From Yuukianura sp. NJ FZ-2021 (taxonomy: Eukaryota), in the NCBI GenBank assembly GCA_046563655.1, contig CM102286.1:7192001-7256000 (forward strand): a stretch of DNA of 64,000 nt, given 5' to 3'. Within the stretch, counting starts at the first letter, position 1; each line of letters opens with the position of its first letter. Positions 53,401-64,000 of this stretch are shown one piece after another. A model generated the notes under the pieces. That model did not search any database. It had not been told where the DNA came from and saw only the letters and a list, made by a program, of their open reading frames with translations. Position numbers and translations under genes: made by a program.

Positions 53401-54738
53401 TTCAGCATAGTGGAAGGATTATGTGCACTGTCAATTTCTCCCTAGAATTCCAGAAATTTCAAAATTACAAAAATTCGGGTAAGAAAGATTAGCTTATAAA
53501 CTACGAGCTTTGTCGATGTGAAAGTCTAAAGCAGTTTGTGACATGGGGCGGCGTGAGGGTTAGTAAACGAGCTAAATTCAATGACAATGGAATAATTCTG
53601 AATTAAGAACAAGGAACTATCGTAAGTTATAGAAATTCTGAGTAAAAGATGCGCGCAAGACGTAAGAGAAATATGAGTCACTGGTTTAGATTAAGAACTC
53701 TGCGAGGCCCGTCAATATCGACAGTAAGCTGAAATCTATGAAAACATCCGTTATGATGACACTCAAATCAGAGAGAGGTCCTTGGTTGCGACAGTGTTCA
53801 CAAATTTTGAAATGTTTAGGAATTAGGTTAAATTATTCATGCCAAAACTAAACCTTTAAATGCTAGAACTATGATTTCATGTTTTTCGTTTTTTTTTTTG
53901 TCTTATTTTTTGCAAAGGAAGTGATTTACCTCGCTGTCGCTGGAAATACTGCATATACTTGCGACTGGGCTAGAGCTTTTTTTCTTTCTGCGTGACGCTG
54001 CGTGCTTCTCTGGAATCAAAATGTTTGTGAATGGTTGACAATTGCTGATTTGCGGGGACTCCGCGTCTGCGTCTGTGTCATCCTCAATTCCTTCGGCAGG
54101 AACTTCAAGTCGAGGAGCAGTACTCCGGCGGATGCCAGTGTTCTTACCGCGATGTTTCCATTTATTTCTGAACAAAAAATTACAAAATGTTATATGTGAA
54201 AGCAGTAAATATAAACGAAAACGTAAAAAATAAACGAAAAAAAAGAACGAAAAATAAATGAATGAGGAAAATTTTAAATCTTAAAAAATCTACATGAATA
54301 ATTCAAAAGCCACTCTTGTCCACTATCACACATAATAATAAATACGGGATACACTTACTTGAAATTTAGCGTCTCATTGTTATTCGGAGTTCTGTGAAGG
54401 ACGTCTGAAGAAATTTCGTTCACTTCATACAGTTCTGGTTTCGGAGCATACTTCTGTTCTGGATCCACGGGGTTACCGAATTCCAGCCCCAATGCAACAC
54501 TTTCCGGAATTTCTTCTACCCGGGATTGTGGGGCATTAAATCTGATTTTATCCCGGAGCCACCGTGCTCTCCGTTGTGACCCACTACTGGCACTTGTACT
54601 TCCACCAGCACTTTTGGCCTTTGCCAATCCAATTTCACTTCCACGACTGTCACTTTTTCTGGATTTCTCCGAAGAACTGTTCGGTTCGGATAAAGTGGAC
54701 CGAAGCTTCTCCTTGAACGATTCTACTCCGTTGAACAT
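47447..54738 (-). CDS. TRPA-family channel, pyrexia/water witch-like (ankyrin repeats + 6TM)
   Basis: Ankyrin repeats (TPLMCAAASGSLGSVEALLTAGANVN, ALHIAAEEG), HPLSEAFLTLKWQRVRKFF, GRFPALGLYVQML, pore region LKVLTMMVGE-DYEELFY, and S6/TRP-like NLLVGLAVSDIQGLQKGAKLNRLSRQ resembling pyrexia; coiled-coil C-terminus. Confidence 0.9.
50992..51211. mobile_element. Degenerate TA-flanked MITE in TRPA intron, with duplicated left end at ~50936-50966
   Basis: TACCGTAAACCCTCTCAAATTGC ... GCAATTTGTGAGGATCTACCGTA (about 19/23 match). Confidence 0.55.
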
Positions 54739-55999
54739 GGCTTGCAGGATTAATTTGAATGCCTGAAGTAGTATCTGGTGTTGTGAATGTGAGATGTTTC
54801 ACAAATTAGTTAAATTGACCTCTAATGTTTTTTAATTCGTGATTCATTGAATTCGCAAACAAGTTCTTGGTAAGGTGAATGGTAGACACTGAAAGATGAG
54901 GAGGAAGTGGTTGTTTGCGTCGTGAATTCTCAAAGTTAGAAGCAGCAAAAAAGCAAAAGCTTTGGGTAGGAACTACTTATTCATCTTATATTGAATGCTG
55001 TCTTCATGTATTCTTCATACGAAAATGCAATTCTGCAGATGACTTTATGAAAAGTTGTTAATCACATAAATAAATAAGTTTACCCATCGTGATAGAAAGT
55101 TTTTACCGACTTCACATTTTCGTGGCAGCAAATGTCACCACAACTCACAAACTGTGTAGTAAAGGTGATGAACAATAAAGGAGCATTAGAACGCGAATTG
55201 TTATAACGAACGAACGAATGGGTATAAAAAAAAATAACGTTAGAGTAACCTGTTCGAATTCACGAATGATGCTGACTTGCGAATACTTGTTCAAACAAAG
55301 AATTTAAATATGATGGATATTGAGAGTTTTTTTAGTCCTTTTGCTCCAACAAATTACAAAAACTTTGCACGCCACTTCCAAAACAAACTGAATTCTTGAA
55401 CTACAATAAGGATCGGAATGTGCTCCAATTTGAACTTCACTAAAGCTATAGGAGAAGGATTTGCGGTAATCGTAAATTGAATGAAGAAATTTAAATGCGA
55501 GGAAAACCGAAACTGGATTTTCCGTTCCTTATTAATACGAGGCCTTTAAACTTTAATGCTCTACACCCAGTTCGTCGCCACGTACTGAATAACCGAATCT
55601 GACAAACCCGAAGATCTTCACGGCTCGAGTTTTTTTGAATGAAGCACGAATACAAATATAGATCCCCTCAAAGTTTCTTAAACTGTATAAATTAAGCGTC
55701 GTTTTAGAACAGTTCAGTAAAGGAAACGCTTTCTTCAACCTACTAAAACCCCCGAAATCTGCAAATCCGGGAGGGACTCCCCGCTCAGCCACATTACTTA
55801 AAAACCAGCGTGAAAGAAATTGCATTCAGTTTTTGGGATGAAAACACTTTTCTAGTCAATTCCTCAATTCCCGGGCATATTTTACCGTCAACGACTCGTC
55901 TCCGTAAAAAGATAAGAAAGAAAACCTCAGAACGGACGTGAAGCCGCACTTGGTTCTACCGCATTCATAATTTACGTAGTATTAAACAGTCCATTTGGA

Positions 56000-56410
56000 A
56001 GAATCCCAGTTGTCATACTCTGATCAGCTCTAAATATTTCGATGATTATGATCATGATTTTTTTTTTGCATCCAACACCAACTACGCCAGTCATCTTCTT
56101 CGTAATCGCTGGAGTTTGGGGAATCAGCGACGGCATTTGGCAAACTCAAATCAACTGTAAACTTATTCGCTTTTTTTTAAGCGAAGACTTGTTTCTGAAT
56201 AAGTTGAAATTCCCTGACTGTCTTAGCTCTCTATGGCGTCCTGTTCCAGAAAAATGAAGAAGCTGCTTTCAGCAACTAATTACCGCCTCTGGGAAAGTAT
56301 TGGTTATCATTGCCTACGTCGAAACAACTCAAGTTTGTGTAAAACTTGACATTTTACTTGGCGTTATTACTGGGAATGCTTGGCTATTTCACTACTGAGA
56401 TTTAGTCAGA
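56000..56410 (+). pseudogene. UNC-93-like MFS protein, 3' fragment pseudogene
   Basis: FFVIAGVWGISDGIWQTQIN|ALYGVLFQKNEEAAFSN then stop/frameshift before YRLWESIG (UNC93 AAFSNYRLWES motif); further frameshifts follow and no 5' exons were found. Confidence 0.85.
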
Positions 56411-57208
56411 TCTAACAAAAAAATAAATATTTAGTTTTTTTATACTTGCAAAGAATGACTTTGTTTTTACTTGTGTGTGCGTTGTGATTAGTACAATACA
56501 TTTATTTAAATTATCTTAGCGAGTCTTCAAGACTCACTGGCTAGGGGTAAGGTAGGCGTATGGATATCTGTTTGGGTTTGTCCAAAAGTTTTGATCGAGG
56601 AGGTTGATAGGCCTCTGATGCATTTGGAAAGAGTATATCCCTATCCCATGGTACTGATCGTGGACGATCAGTCCACAGTGGATTGCACTTGATCAAATCC
56701 AATTTTTGAACTGTATCAAAAATACTTCCATCAAATAGTAGCCGCATACTAATTCCAATTTCATTATCATCAGAGAGTTGTCAAGGTGATTTTGTAGGTT
56801 TTTGCTCTAACTAGAGAGGAAATATGGCCTGATTTCAACAAAAAATTTGAAGCCAATTTGCTGGCGGACGCTGGCGGACAAAACCGCTTGCATTTGAAGG
56901 ATTAAGGCTTGCACCTACCATGGAAACTGTGGGTGAAAATGAAGTGAACAATTTTGAAGTGATTTGTTCAGCGTAGGAATGTCATACAGTGATCCACAAT
57001 ATATCAAAGTTTGGGAAATTAGTTGTGTGTGTTATAGGAGGACAGTAGTGCTCTTTACAGAAATTAGCTATTCGTGAAACATGAAACTGCAAGAATAGGA
57101 TGCTGTGTGAACCATCCTTAAGTTTAATGAATTTCAGTGAGTTGTCAGGAGAAACGTTGGCAAACATTGGCTTCAAAAATTTTGTTTAAAATGGCCTTCA
57201 TTTCACAT

Positions 57209-58550
57209 CTAGTTAGGAAAAGTTTTGTTTAAAAATCTTTGATTATCATCGTCACCATAGTTGTCTTTTAAAGTAAGACTTTTGAGATTTGGAAATTGTG
57301 CTGCCTGTAATGGACTCGAGAGGAAGGGTTGACTCATATTAGTCATATTATCCCAGTTCGGTTCGCCAAATTCCAGTTCCAGTACTTCTAGATTTCGCAG
57401 AATTGGGATTGTAATGGTTGACCATTCTACGTAGAGCTTCAATCTGTGAAGTGTTGTGGAAGTACATTTTAGTAAAGCTAGAAGCATCTCCGGAATGAAT
57501 CGAGCAGTACGTGGTATCCAGGCGCCATCCACACAGAAGAGGTGTAAAGTATGCAGAGTTGGCAGTGGGTGTGCGATTAACTTTTGAATTAGAGGAATAT
57601 CTCCGCTACTCAATTCAAGCTCGACGGCATCAAAATTTTGAAGCAGTCGCAAGTATTCCGTTGCTTGAATATCTGAAGTTGCTCTCACACCGAAACTGCA
57701 TTCGACAACTTGAAGTGCCGGTGTACTGGAGAACCATGATGAAAAATCATCAAATTCGATTTTCTCAGTTTGAAAATCCAAAGCCGGCGATGGCCATTTC
57801 GCTTCCTTTGAGCAGGGCGTGACTTCAATGTACTTCAGTTTAGGAAGATGGAATGATGAGTTCAAAGCAACCTCCGTGGAGTTTCCGTCGTTGTATCCGT
57901 AAACGGAAAGTTTTTCCAAGTTTGGTGCCTGGGCCAGTAAAACTTCGAAGACCTCATCTGCATCCCCAGCAAAGGAGGGCTCCAACTGTATTACGTAGTG
58001 TTTGACATATGGTCCCACGGTATCGGCCAGTTTCTTGAATGAGGCAAGAGTCGGAGGACTGTGACACGTTTCGTTGCTGATTGGAGATTGGTACGAGCAC
58101 AAGTACAATTCGAATTTGGAAAATGGGAAGTTTGTGCCTTGCAGTCTGCCTTCCATCGTTTCCAGAAACTGTTGTATTTGTTTGTCGACTTCTTCCCCTC
58201 CGCAGCGGATAGTGCGTTCAGGAAAAATTCGACCGGTAGGCCTTTCTGGAATATACGGTCACTGGTTATTTCGTTCCAAGCTCTGCTAACTGTACGCCAT
58301 GTTAAAAGATCCTTGGGGTCATCCACATAACCAAGTATCTTGAACAGCACCTAATATTAATCGAAACGTTTGTAAGGTCTTTGTTCAAAATGCTTCAATT
58401 CATTTTATACTCAAACGAAAGAACATTCCCTAACATTAAAGTTAAAAAATAAGCCAAATAGTAAGCTAAACTTTACAACACAACTGCATGGCTCACCTCA
58501 TTTGGAAGATGTGGATTACTGCCGTAAGACGTCTGTAATGGCAAATTCAT
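57209..58550 (-). CDS. F-box/LRR-like gene with a single-base frameshift near 58195-58227 (3' half of the chimera; own ATG at 58550)
   Basis: MNLPLQTSYGSNPHLPNE|VLFKILGYVDDPKDLLTWRTVSRAWNEIT (F-box). The body continues in the shifted frame (EVDKQIQQFLETMEG...FPFSKF, APNLEKLSV, LPKLKYIEV, FPNLKSLTL). Coding-like remnants extend to ~56541. Confidence 0.7.
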
Positions 58551-59179
58551 TGCCAAAATATGGTTGGATTCTACCAAACGGGGCCCAGATGAAACATGGT
58601 AGAGACCCTGAGAGTTTAGATTCCCGCTTGGATCAGCATCCCCCATCAAAAACGCGGACGGCTCTACCGGAGAAATCTAAAATATTTTAAATTAAAAAAA
58701 ATCATCATCAGTTTTTGAAAGTCATCGATTTAAGTCATAAATAGACAGCTATTCATTCGTAAATGGTAGTTACAGTGTACTTACCGTATCCCCAACGAAA
58801 GTGCAGCCGTAGTCCGAAGGCTGCAATGCGCTCGTAGACACGTTATGTGTAATTTCAAACTGAGGACTCAGCGATTTGCTAACAATGACCCTTGCGCCTT
58901 CGATGGACTTTGAAAGTAATTCTGAAAATTGAAGAAAAATTATGAGCCGTCTTCGTCCGATTATAAAGCTTCCGTTAAGGATACATTACCTGTGCATGGC
59001 TTGTGCAGCTCTTCTAAAATTCCTGGGTTATCTTTGACTCTAGGGTCCACACGCAATGCAGTATCAGGATGCGCTGGAGGGTACAGACCAGGGGACGTCA
59101 AGTTCGTCATAGGTAGCAGTTGTGGCAAAATCGTTGGATCAGCTTCACATTTTGCTGTCTTGACTAGTCTGTTTCCCAT
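58497..59179 (-). CDS. Inverted partial TOM40 duplicate fused in frame to F-box exon 1 (chimeric exons)
   Basis: Exons 59179-58990 (190 nt), 58921-58785 (137 nt) and 58676-58497 (180 nt), all GT-AG with no stops. TOM40 homology ends at ~58590 and the frame runs on into the F-box first exon. Confidence 0.8.
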
Positions 59180-59496
59180 TTTCCAAAATTACTAAGATCA
59201 AGAAACGATGTGTCTTAGATTCTTTGATTGAATTGAACTCTCCTCGGAGAAAACTCAACCTCCTAAACAACATAGGATATTATTATGAAGCCGATCTCAA
59301 GCATACTGCTTAAACTAAATGAAAGCGAGCAGACACTTACCAAGAAAATGATACAGGAATTCGGTACACAGAAAATTGGTCTGATTATGTACTAAAATTA
59401 GATGACTGTTTTTCATATAAGGAAGATTAGGAATGTTATTGTGAAATTGATTTCGTACTAACGTAATTAGTTCAATTCGATCATGTCCGACCGCGG

Positions 59497-60616
59497 TTTA
59501 CCCGGTGACGGGGGGTTTGTTGAGCGGCTGACTATTTCCCGAAAATTAGCAGATACGTCCGAGGTCCGAATCGCAAAAAACCGCGATGTTACGGGGTAGG
59601 CTTAATCGCAGAATCGTCCGAAAATGTTTAAAAACGTAAAATGGGCTAGTCTAATTCTAGGAATCATCAGATATTTAAAAACGCAAAATAAATTAAGGAA
59701 ATATCAATTCTAAAAAAAAATGAAAATTTTGGTATGAAAAAACAAATAAGTAGTTTGTTTGTTTTTTTTTACAAAATATAGCAAAAAACGTGAATGTCTA
59801 ATTCGGATGTTGGATAATGGATAATTGGATATTGTATAACCTGGACTATTTTCTACCTCAATTTAAGTATGATACCGCTGGGTACACTTGTTTTATTCCT
59901 ACAGAATTTTTTGAAAGAGAGAATTTTGACCTTTTTTTTTTGCAATGGTGCTTTAAAACAAAGTGCTCCAGTACTGGAAAATTTATGAAGCATGGAGGAG
60001 ACTATTTCCCACCTAATCTGACCTTTGACCCCACTGGAGCAACCTGTTTTGAGCAACCAGAATTTTTTTGAATTTTTTTTGTTGTAAAACCTTAAAGTTT
60101 TTTTGAAATCTTACCGTGAAAAAGGTGCTCCAGTGCCAAGGTAAATAGAATACTACTAGGTAGTGCGAATGGAAAGTTTGTTTGGTTGCCATGTGGAAAA
60201 AAAAATGACGTCACCAGCTGAAAATACCGGAATTCTGCCAATTATTGGTGGTGTCCTATAGAAACCCGTAAGACACATCTTGTTTACATAAATGCCAGCG
60301 GGTTCCAATTTCACGATTACGGTATTTTTCAGCTGGTGACGTCACAAACAAAAAATTGCGTTGGTTGCTATGGGCCCCATTTGCAGGGGGCTGCTCCAGT
60401 GCTGGCAAATTTACGGAAGGTGAACTGGAGTATTCTCAACTCAATTTGACCTATGCACCAGAAGCATCTTGTTTTAAGAATTAGACTAGTTCATTTTAAT
60501 TTTTTAAACATCTTCCGACGAGGCTGGGGATTAGGCCTACCCCGTAACATTGCGTTTTTTGCGATTCGGACGTATCTGCTAATTTCAGAGGAATAGTCAT
60601 CCTCTCAAAACCCCGG
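59497..60616. mobile_element. Non-autonomous element with long (~160 bp) imperfect TIRs and internal direct and inverted repeats
   Basis: AATTAGCAGATACGTCCGA..ATCGCAAAAAA..ATGTTACGGGGTAGG..CTAGTCTAATTCT is mirrored at 60478-60616. Internal IR TGACGTCACCAGCTGAAAATACCG (~60206) / CGGTATTTTTCAGCTGGTGACGTCA (~60320). The right end abuts TTAA. Confidence 0.8.
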
Positions 60617-60620
60617 TTAA

Positions 60621-61194
60621 GAAGGAATCACACATGGCAACGGGGTGTCTCGTTTCGCCTCAAATTAATTAACTTTAAGGTTTAATTAGAATTCACAGGT
60701 ATAACGTAGAAATGTGTACAAGGGCTCTAAAAATTCGTCTTTATCTGTAGAATACAGAGCAGTAATCCGAATTTGAATTTTTGTTGCGAAATGGTACTAA
60801 AAATTGAATACAAAGTTCAATTTTTTCTAAGCGTCGAATGATACAAAAATTCGGGAATTTGGTCACGGCGACTTAAGCGTCATGGTCTTCCGGATTTTTA
60901 GACACCTCAAACGCATTTCTAGGTCTTATAATGAACATCTAATTAGCCAAAGTAGATGAAATTCTGAAGTAATTTACAAATTTGCAAATGTCGGCACTGA
61001 AATTAGCCGTCTCCATGGGAACATGTTGATTGTTTTGTTCCAGCTTTATTTGATATGTTGTACTGTGAAAAACTTTGATTCGTGAACCATTCAAAACAGT
61101 GCCGACTTTTGCACGTTTGAGCAGTGATTTTGCTTTGTTACTAACGGCAATGGCTGACACCAAATCGTAAACAAACGTTGCCTGTTACCCGTCC
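60621..61194. mobile_element. TTAA-flanked non-autonomous DNA transposon (Kolobok-like), copy 2
   Basis: Inverted copy of 41018-41590; TTAA at 60617-60620 and 61195-61198. Confidence 0.85.
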
Positions 61195-61762
61195 TTAAAA
61201 CACAATGATACAAGGAGGACATGTTCAACTCAAAATTACAAGCTACATTGTGCTATCATGACGATAACTTTTTTCCGTGTTTTTTTTCAAGTTTAGTATA
61301 AACTCAAGATGTAAATCCCGCATTCGGCTACTGAGATGAGATGAGATGCTGAGAAGGCGACTATTGTGTTGCTTTCGCCCAACTCTGTAGATTAGCAATA
61401 GACTTAAGTGATGATGAAGCCGGAGAGTGTCTTTTTGTTGTACACCGTGTGTGCTGAAGAAAGCAGGCACTCACTTGTTCTGTTCTTTCTGGTGTCCGAT
61501 CCCAAAGTCTATTAAATCCTAATCTTCCTATCCGAAAAACAGATCTAATTTTATAGTAACATAATCCGACCAATTTTCTGTGTACCGAATTCCTGTATCA
61601 TTTTCTTGGTAAGTGACTGCTCGCGTTCATTTAGTTTAAGTAGTCTGCTTGAGATTCGTAATAATGTTTTGTGTTTTTTTAGGAGGTTGAGTTTTCTCCG
61701 AGAGTTGAATTCAATCAAGGAGTCTAAGACACATCGTTTCTCGATCTTAGTAATTTTGGAAA

Positions 61763-63239
61763 ATGGGAAACAGACTAGTCAAGACAGCAAAATGTGAAGC
61801 TGACCCAACGATTTTGCCACCACCACCACCTATGACGAACTTGACGTCCCCTGGTCTGGACCCTACAGCGCCTCCTGATACTGCATTGCGTGTGGACCCA
61901 AAATTCAAGGATAACCCAGGAACATTAGAAGAGCTGCACAAACGATGCAAAGGTAGTGTATTTTTAACGAAAGCGTATAACCGCACGCAGACTGTAATAA
62001 ATTCCCTTCAATTTTTAGAACTACTTCCAAATCCTGTCGAAGGTGCGAGGGTCATTGTTAGCAAATCGCTGAGTCCCCAGTTTCAGATTACACATAACGT
62101 GTCTATGAGCTCATTGCAGCCTTCGGGCTATCGATATGGCTGCACTTTCGTTGGGGATATGGTGAGTGCACTCTTAATACCATTTATGATTCAATAGCCG
62201 TTCATTCATTCATATTGATGATTCATCATCATCACCAATATAAAACAAAACAAATGGTGAGTGATTTTTTATTCCATATATTTTAGATTTCTCCGATAGA
62301 GCCGTCCGCGTTTTTGATGGGGGATGTTGATCCAAGCGGAAATCTAAACTCTCAAGGTTTCTACCATGTTTCAGATGCGTTGAAACTTAAATGGGTAGCA
62401 CAAGTCAGCAAAAACAAGTTTCAGAACTTGCAGACCTCATTTGACTATAAAGGCAGTTGTTATACCGCAAGCGGTAGTATCGTAAACCCAAGCTTTCAAA
62501 CCGAATCTGGTAAGCGAAATCGAGCTTTTAATTTACTGTTCCTATCTTTATCGTGGTACCATCCAAAGCTTTTATTCTTCAATTACTACACAGTGTATAT
62601 GTATTTTTTAGTCCTTGGTGTTCTGCAATACCTTCATGCTGTTACACCGCAAGTGGCATTGGGGGGTGAAGCTGTTTACCAAAAATCGCCGGCAATTCCT
62701 GAAGGCTCAATTTTAGGGTTCACTGGATCCGCGCGATACTCCGGTTGGTAATCACCACTTCACTTTAGCAATTTAATGAATGTTATTATTTTTGATTGAT
62801 ACGTTTTATGTGCTTCGTCCAGATCAATTACATACAGTTAGCGGGTTTTACGGCCAACCAGGTGTAGGAATTTACGTATACCGAAGAATCAACGAGGAGT
62901 TACAAGTTGGTGTGGAAATTGAGAGAGTTCAACAACAACTATCAGCTTCTATTGCCTATCAATACGACCTACCTAAAGCCAATTTTACAATGAAAGGTTC
63001 GTTCACTTGTATTTCGAAATACTGCTTCAGTAATTACTAATGTACAATGACCATGACCAAGGTCGCTACTAATAACGCCGTGTTTGCTTTTTGTAGGAAT
63101 GATTGACAGCAACTGGACTGTAACTGGGATGTTGGAGAAGCGGCTTCTTCCTTTGCCTTGCTCATTTGCTCTCTGTACATCAATTAATCACAAAAGCAAC
63201 CAATTTAGAATGGGATGTCAAGTTGCATTAGAACTGTAA
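61763..63239 (+). CDS. TOMM40: Mitochondrial import receptor subunit TOM40, 6 coding exons
   Basis: NPGTLEELHKRCK|ELLPNPVEGARVIVSKSLSPQFQITH..SGYRYGCTFVG, GDVDPSGNLN, QYLHAVTPQVALGGE, LQVGVE, IAYQYDLPKANFTMK|GMIDSNWTVTGMLEKRLLPLP..INHKSNQFRMGC. A 5' UTR intron lies at 61609-61682. Confidence 0.96.
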
Positions 63240-63506
63240 CAAAACAAGTCCAAAGTCCATGTAGTTAGTCCATTATACTTCCACTCGCCAATATTAGCAA
63301 TGAACTGTAGCCAAGGGATAAAATTTGTTAAGTCTGATTTACTTAAAACCAACGCTTTTCTATGGAACCAAACTTGATTTTTCTTTGTACCAAAGAACTT
63401 GATTTGATGACTTCATAAAGGATGCCTTTGCCTATTGAAAAACTAGTAGAACTGAATGGAGGATTTGCCAGAGCAAGAAGATATAAAAAAAATGAAAGTT
63501 GTTAAC

Positions 63507-64000
63507 TTAATACTGTAAACTATGCTTCTTTCCTTCCGTTTTGTGCGAATGTGGTCGATGAAGGCTTCCAGATCCTGCAGAGCGTTTACTGTGTGAACTC
63601 TTGTCCTTGTGTGGCTTATTGCTCAAGAGAGGATGTGTATCTAATTTTATAAGAAACAGATTGGGCATTAATATGAGACGTGATTTTAATTCTATTTTGC
63701 GATTGATTTCTATAAGAAACTGACCGTTGACAGGAGCTCCCTCTAAAGTGATATCATAGGTTTTAGCCTTCTTCCTTCTAGGCCCCTGCGATGGGCTGGA
63801 TTCATAGGCGTGATGTCGCTTTCCATGGTGATGATGATGGTGGTGATGGTGCTGAGGATGGTTTTCGTCTTGGGTGGGTACATGAAAGTCTTGTACTGGC
63901 GGAGCCCAAGAATCGTCGGGATCTTCAACTTCCGGTGCGATGGGCAGAAAGAGGAGAGCGTTTGGATCCTCTTCTTCTTCGTCGGAACTACAGAATGCCG
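63507..64000 (-). CDS. 3' end of an unidentified gene (acidic, poly-His, basic low-complexity tail); runs off the window
   Basis: Open frame ...SSDEEEEDP...HPQHHHHHHHHHGKRHH...PRRKKAK...APVN, phase-1 intron ~63641-63724, then DTHPLLSNKPHK...HSLQY*. Confidence 0.7.
   Translation of the reverse strand, partial: AFCSSDEEEEDPNALLFLPIAPEVEDPDDSWAPPVQDFHVPTQDENHPQHHHHHHHHHGKRHHAYESSPSQGPRRKKAKTYDITLEGAPVNGQFLIEINRKIELKSRLILMPNLFLIKLDTHPLLSNKPHKDKSSHSKRSAGSGSLHRPHSHKTEGKKHSLQY

Noticed and set aside
53481..53496. AAGCTAATCTTTCTT (- strand) similar to the U6 guide
   Set aside because: Mismatched guide with no adjacent D or C box; better explained as a branch point/pyrimidine tract of a TRPA intron.

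Overview
AT-rich eukaryotic genomic DNA with short GT-AG introns, from an arthropod (inferred from yellow, pyrexia-like TRPA and Bsh genes and CCTAA/TTAGG units; a springtail-like hexapod is plausible but not provable here). Conserved genes in order: CENP-V/GFA-like (+), Bsh homeobox (-), LRR single-pass membrane protein (-), PAF-AH IB beta (-), PKNOX/Prep TALE homeobox (+), F-box/LRR-like (+), nicastrin (-), PHF5A (+), yellow/MRJP (+), pyrexia-like TRPA channel (-), TOM40 (+), and the 3' end of a His-rich gene (-). There are also an UNC-93 pseudogene fragment, a 3-exon orphan gene and many MITE/foldback elements. Main observations: (1) an inverted partial duplicate of TOM40 (5' UTR exon, exons 1-2 and part of exon 3) is fused in frame, with all splice sites intact, to an F-box gene, giving a candidate young TOM40(N)-F-box chimeric gene head-to-head with its parent; (2) two intronic box C/D snoRNAs in PKNOX carry a 13-nt guide to the U6 ACAGAGA region (mgU6-47 type) with variant AUGAUU/AUGA boxes; (3) a dense TGACAG cluster lies upstream of PKNOX. 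All exon boundaries were read by eye and may be off by a few bases.
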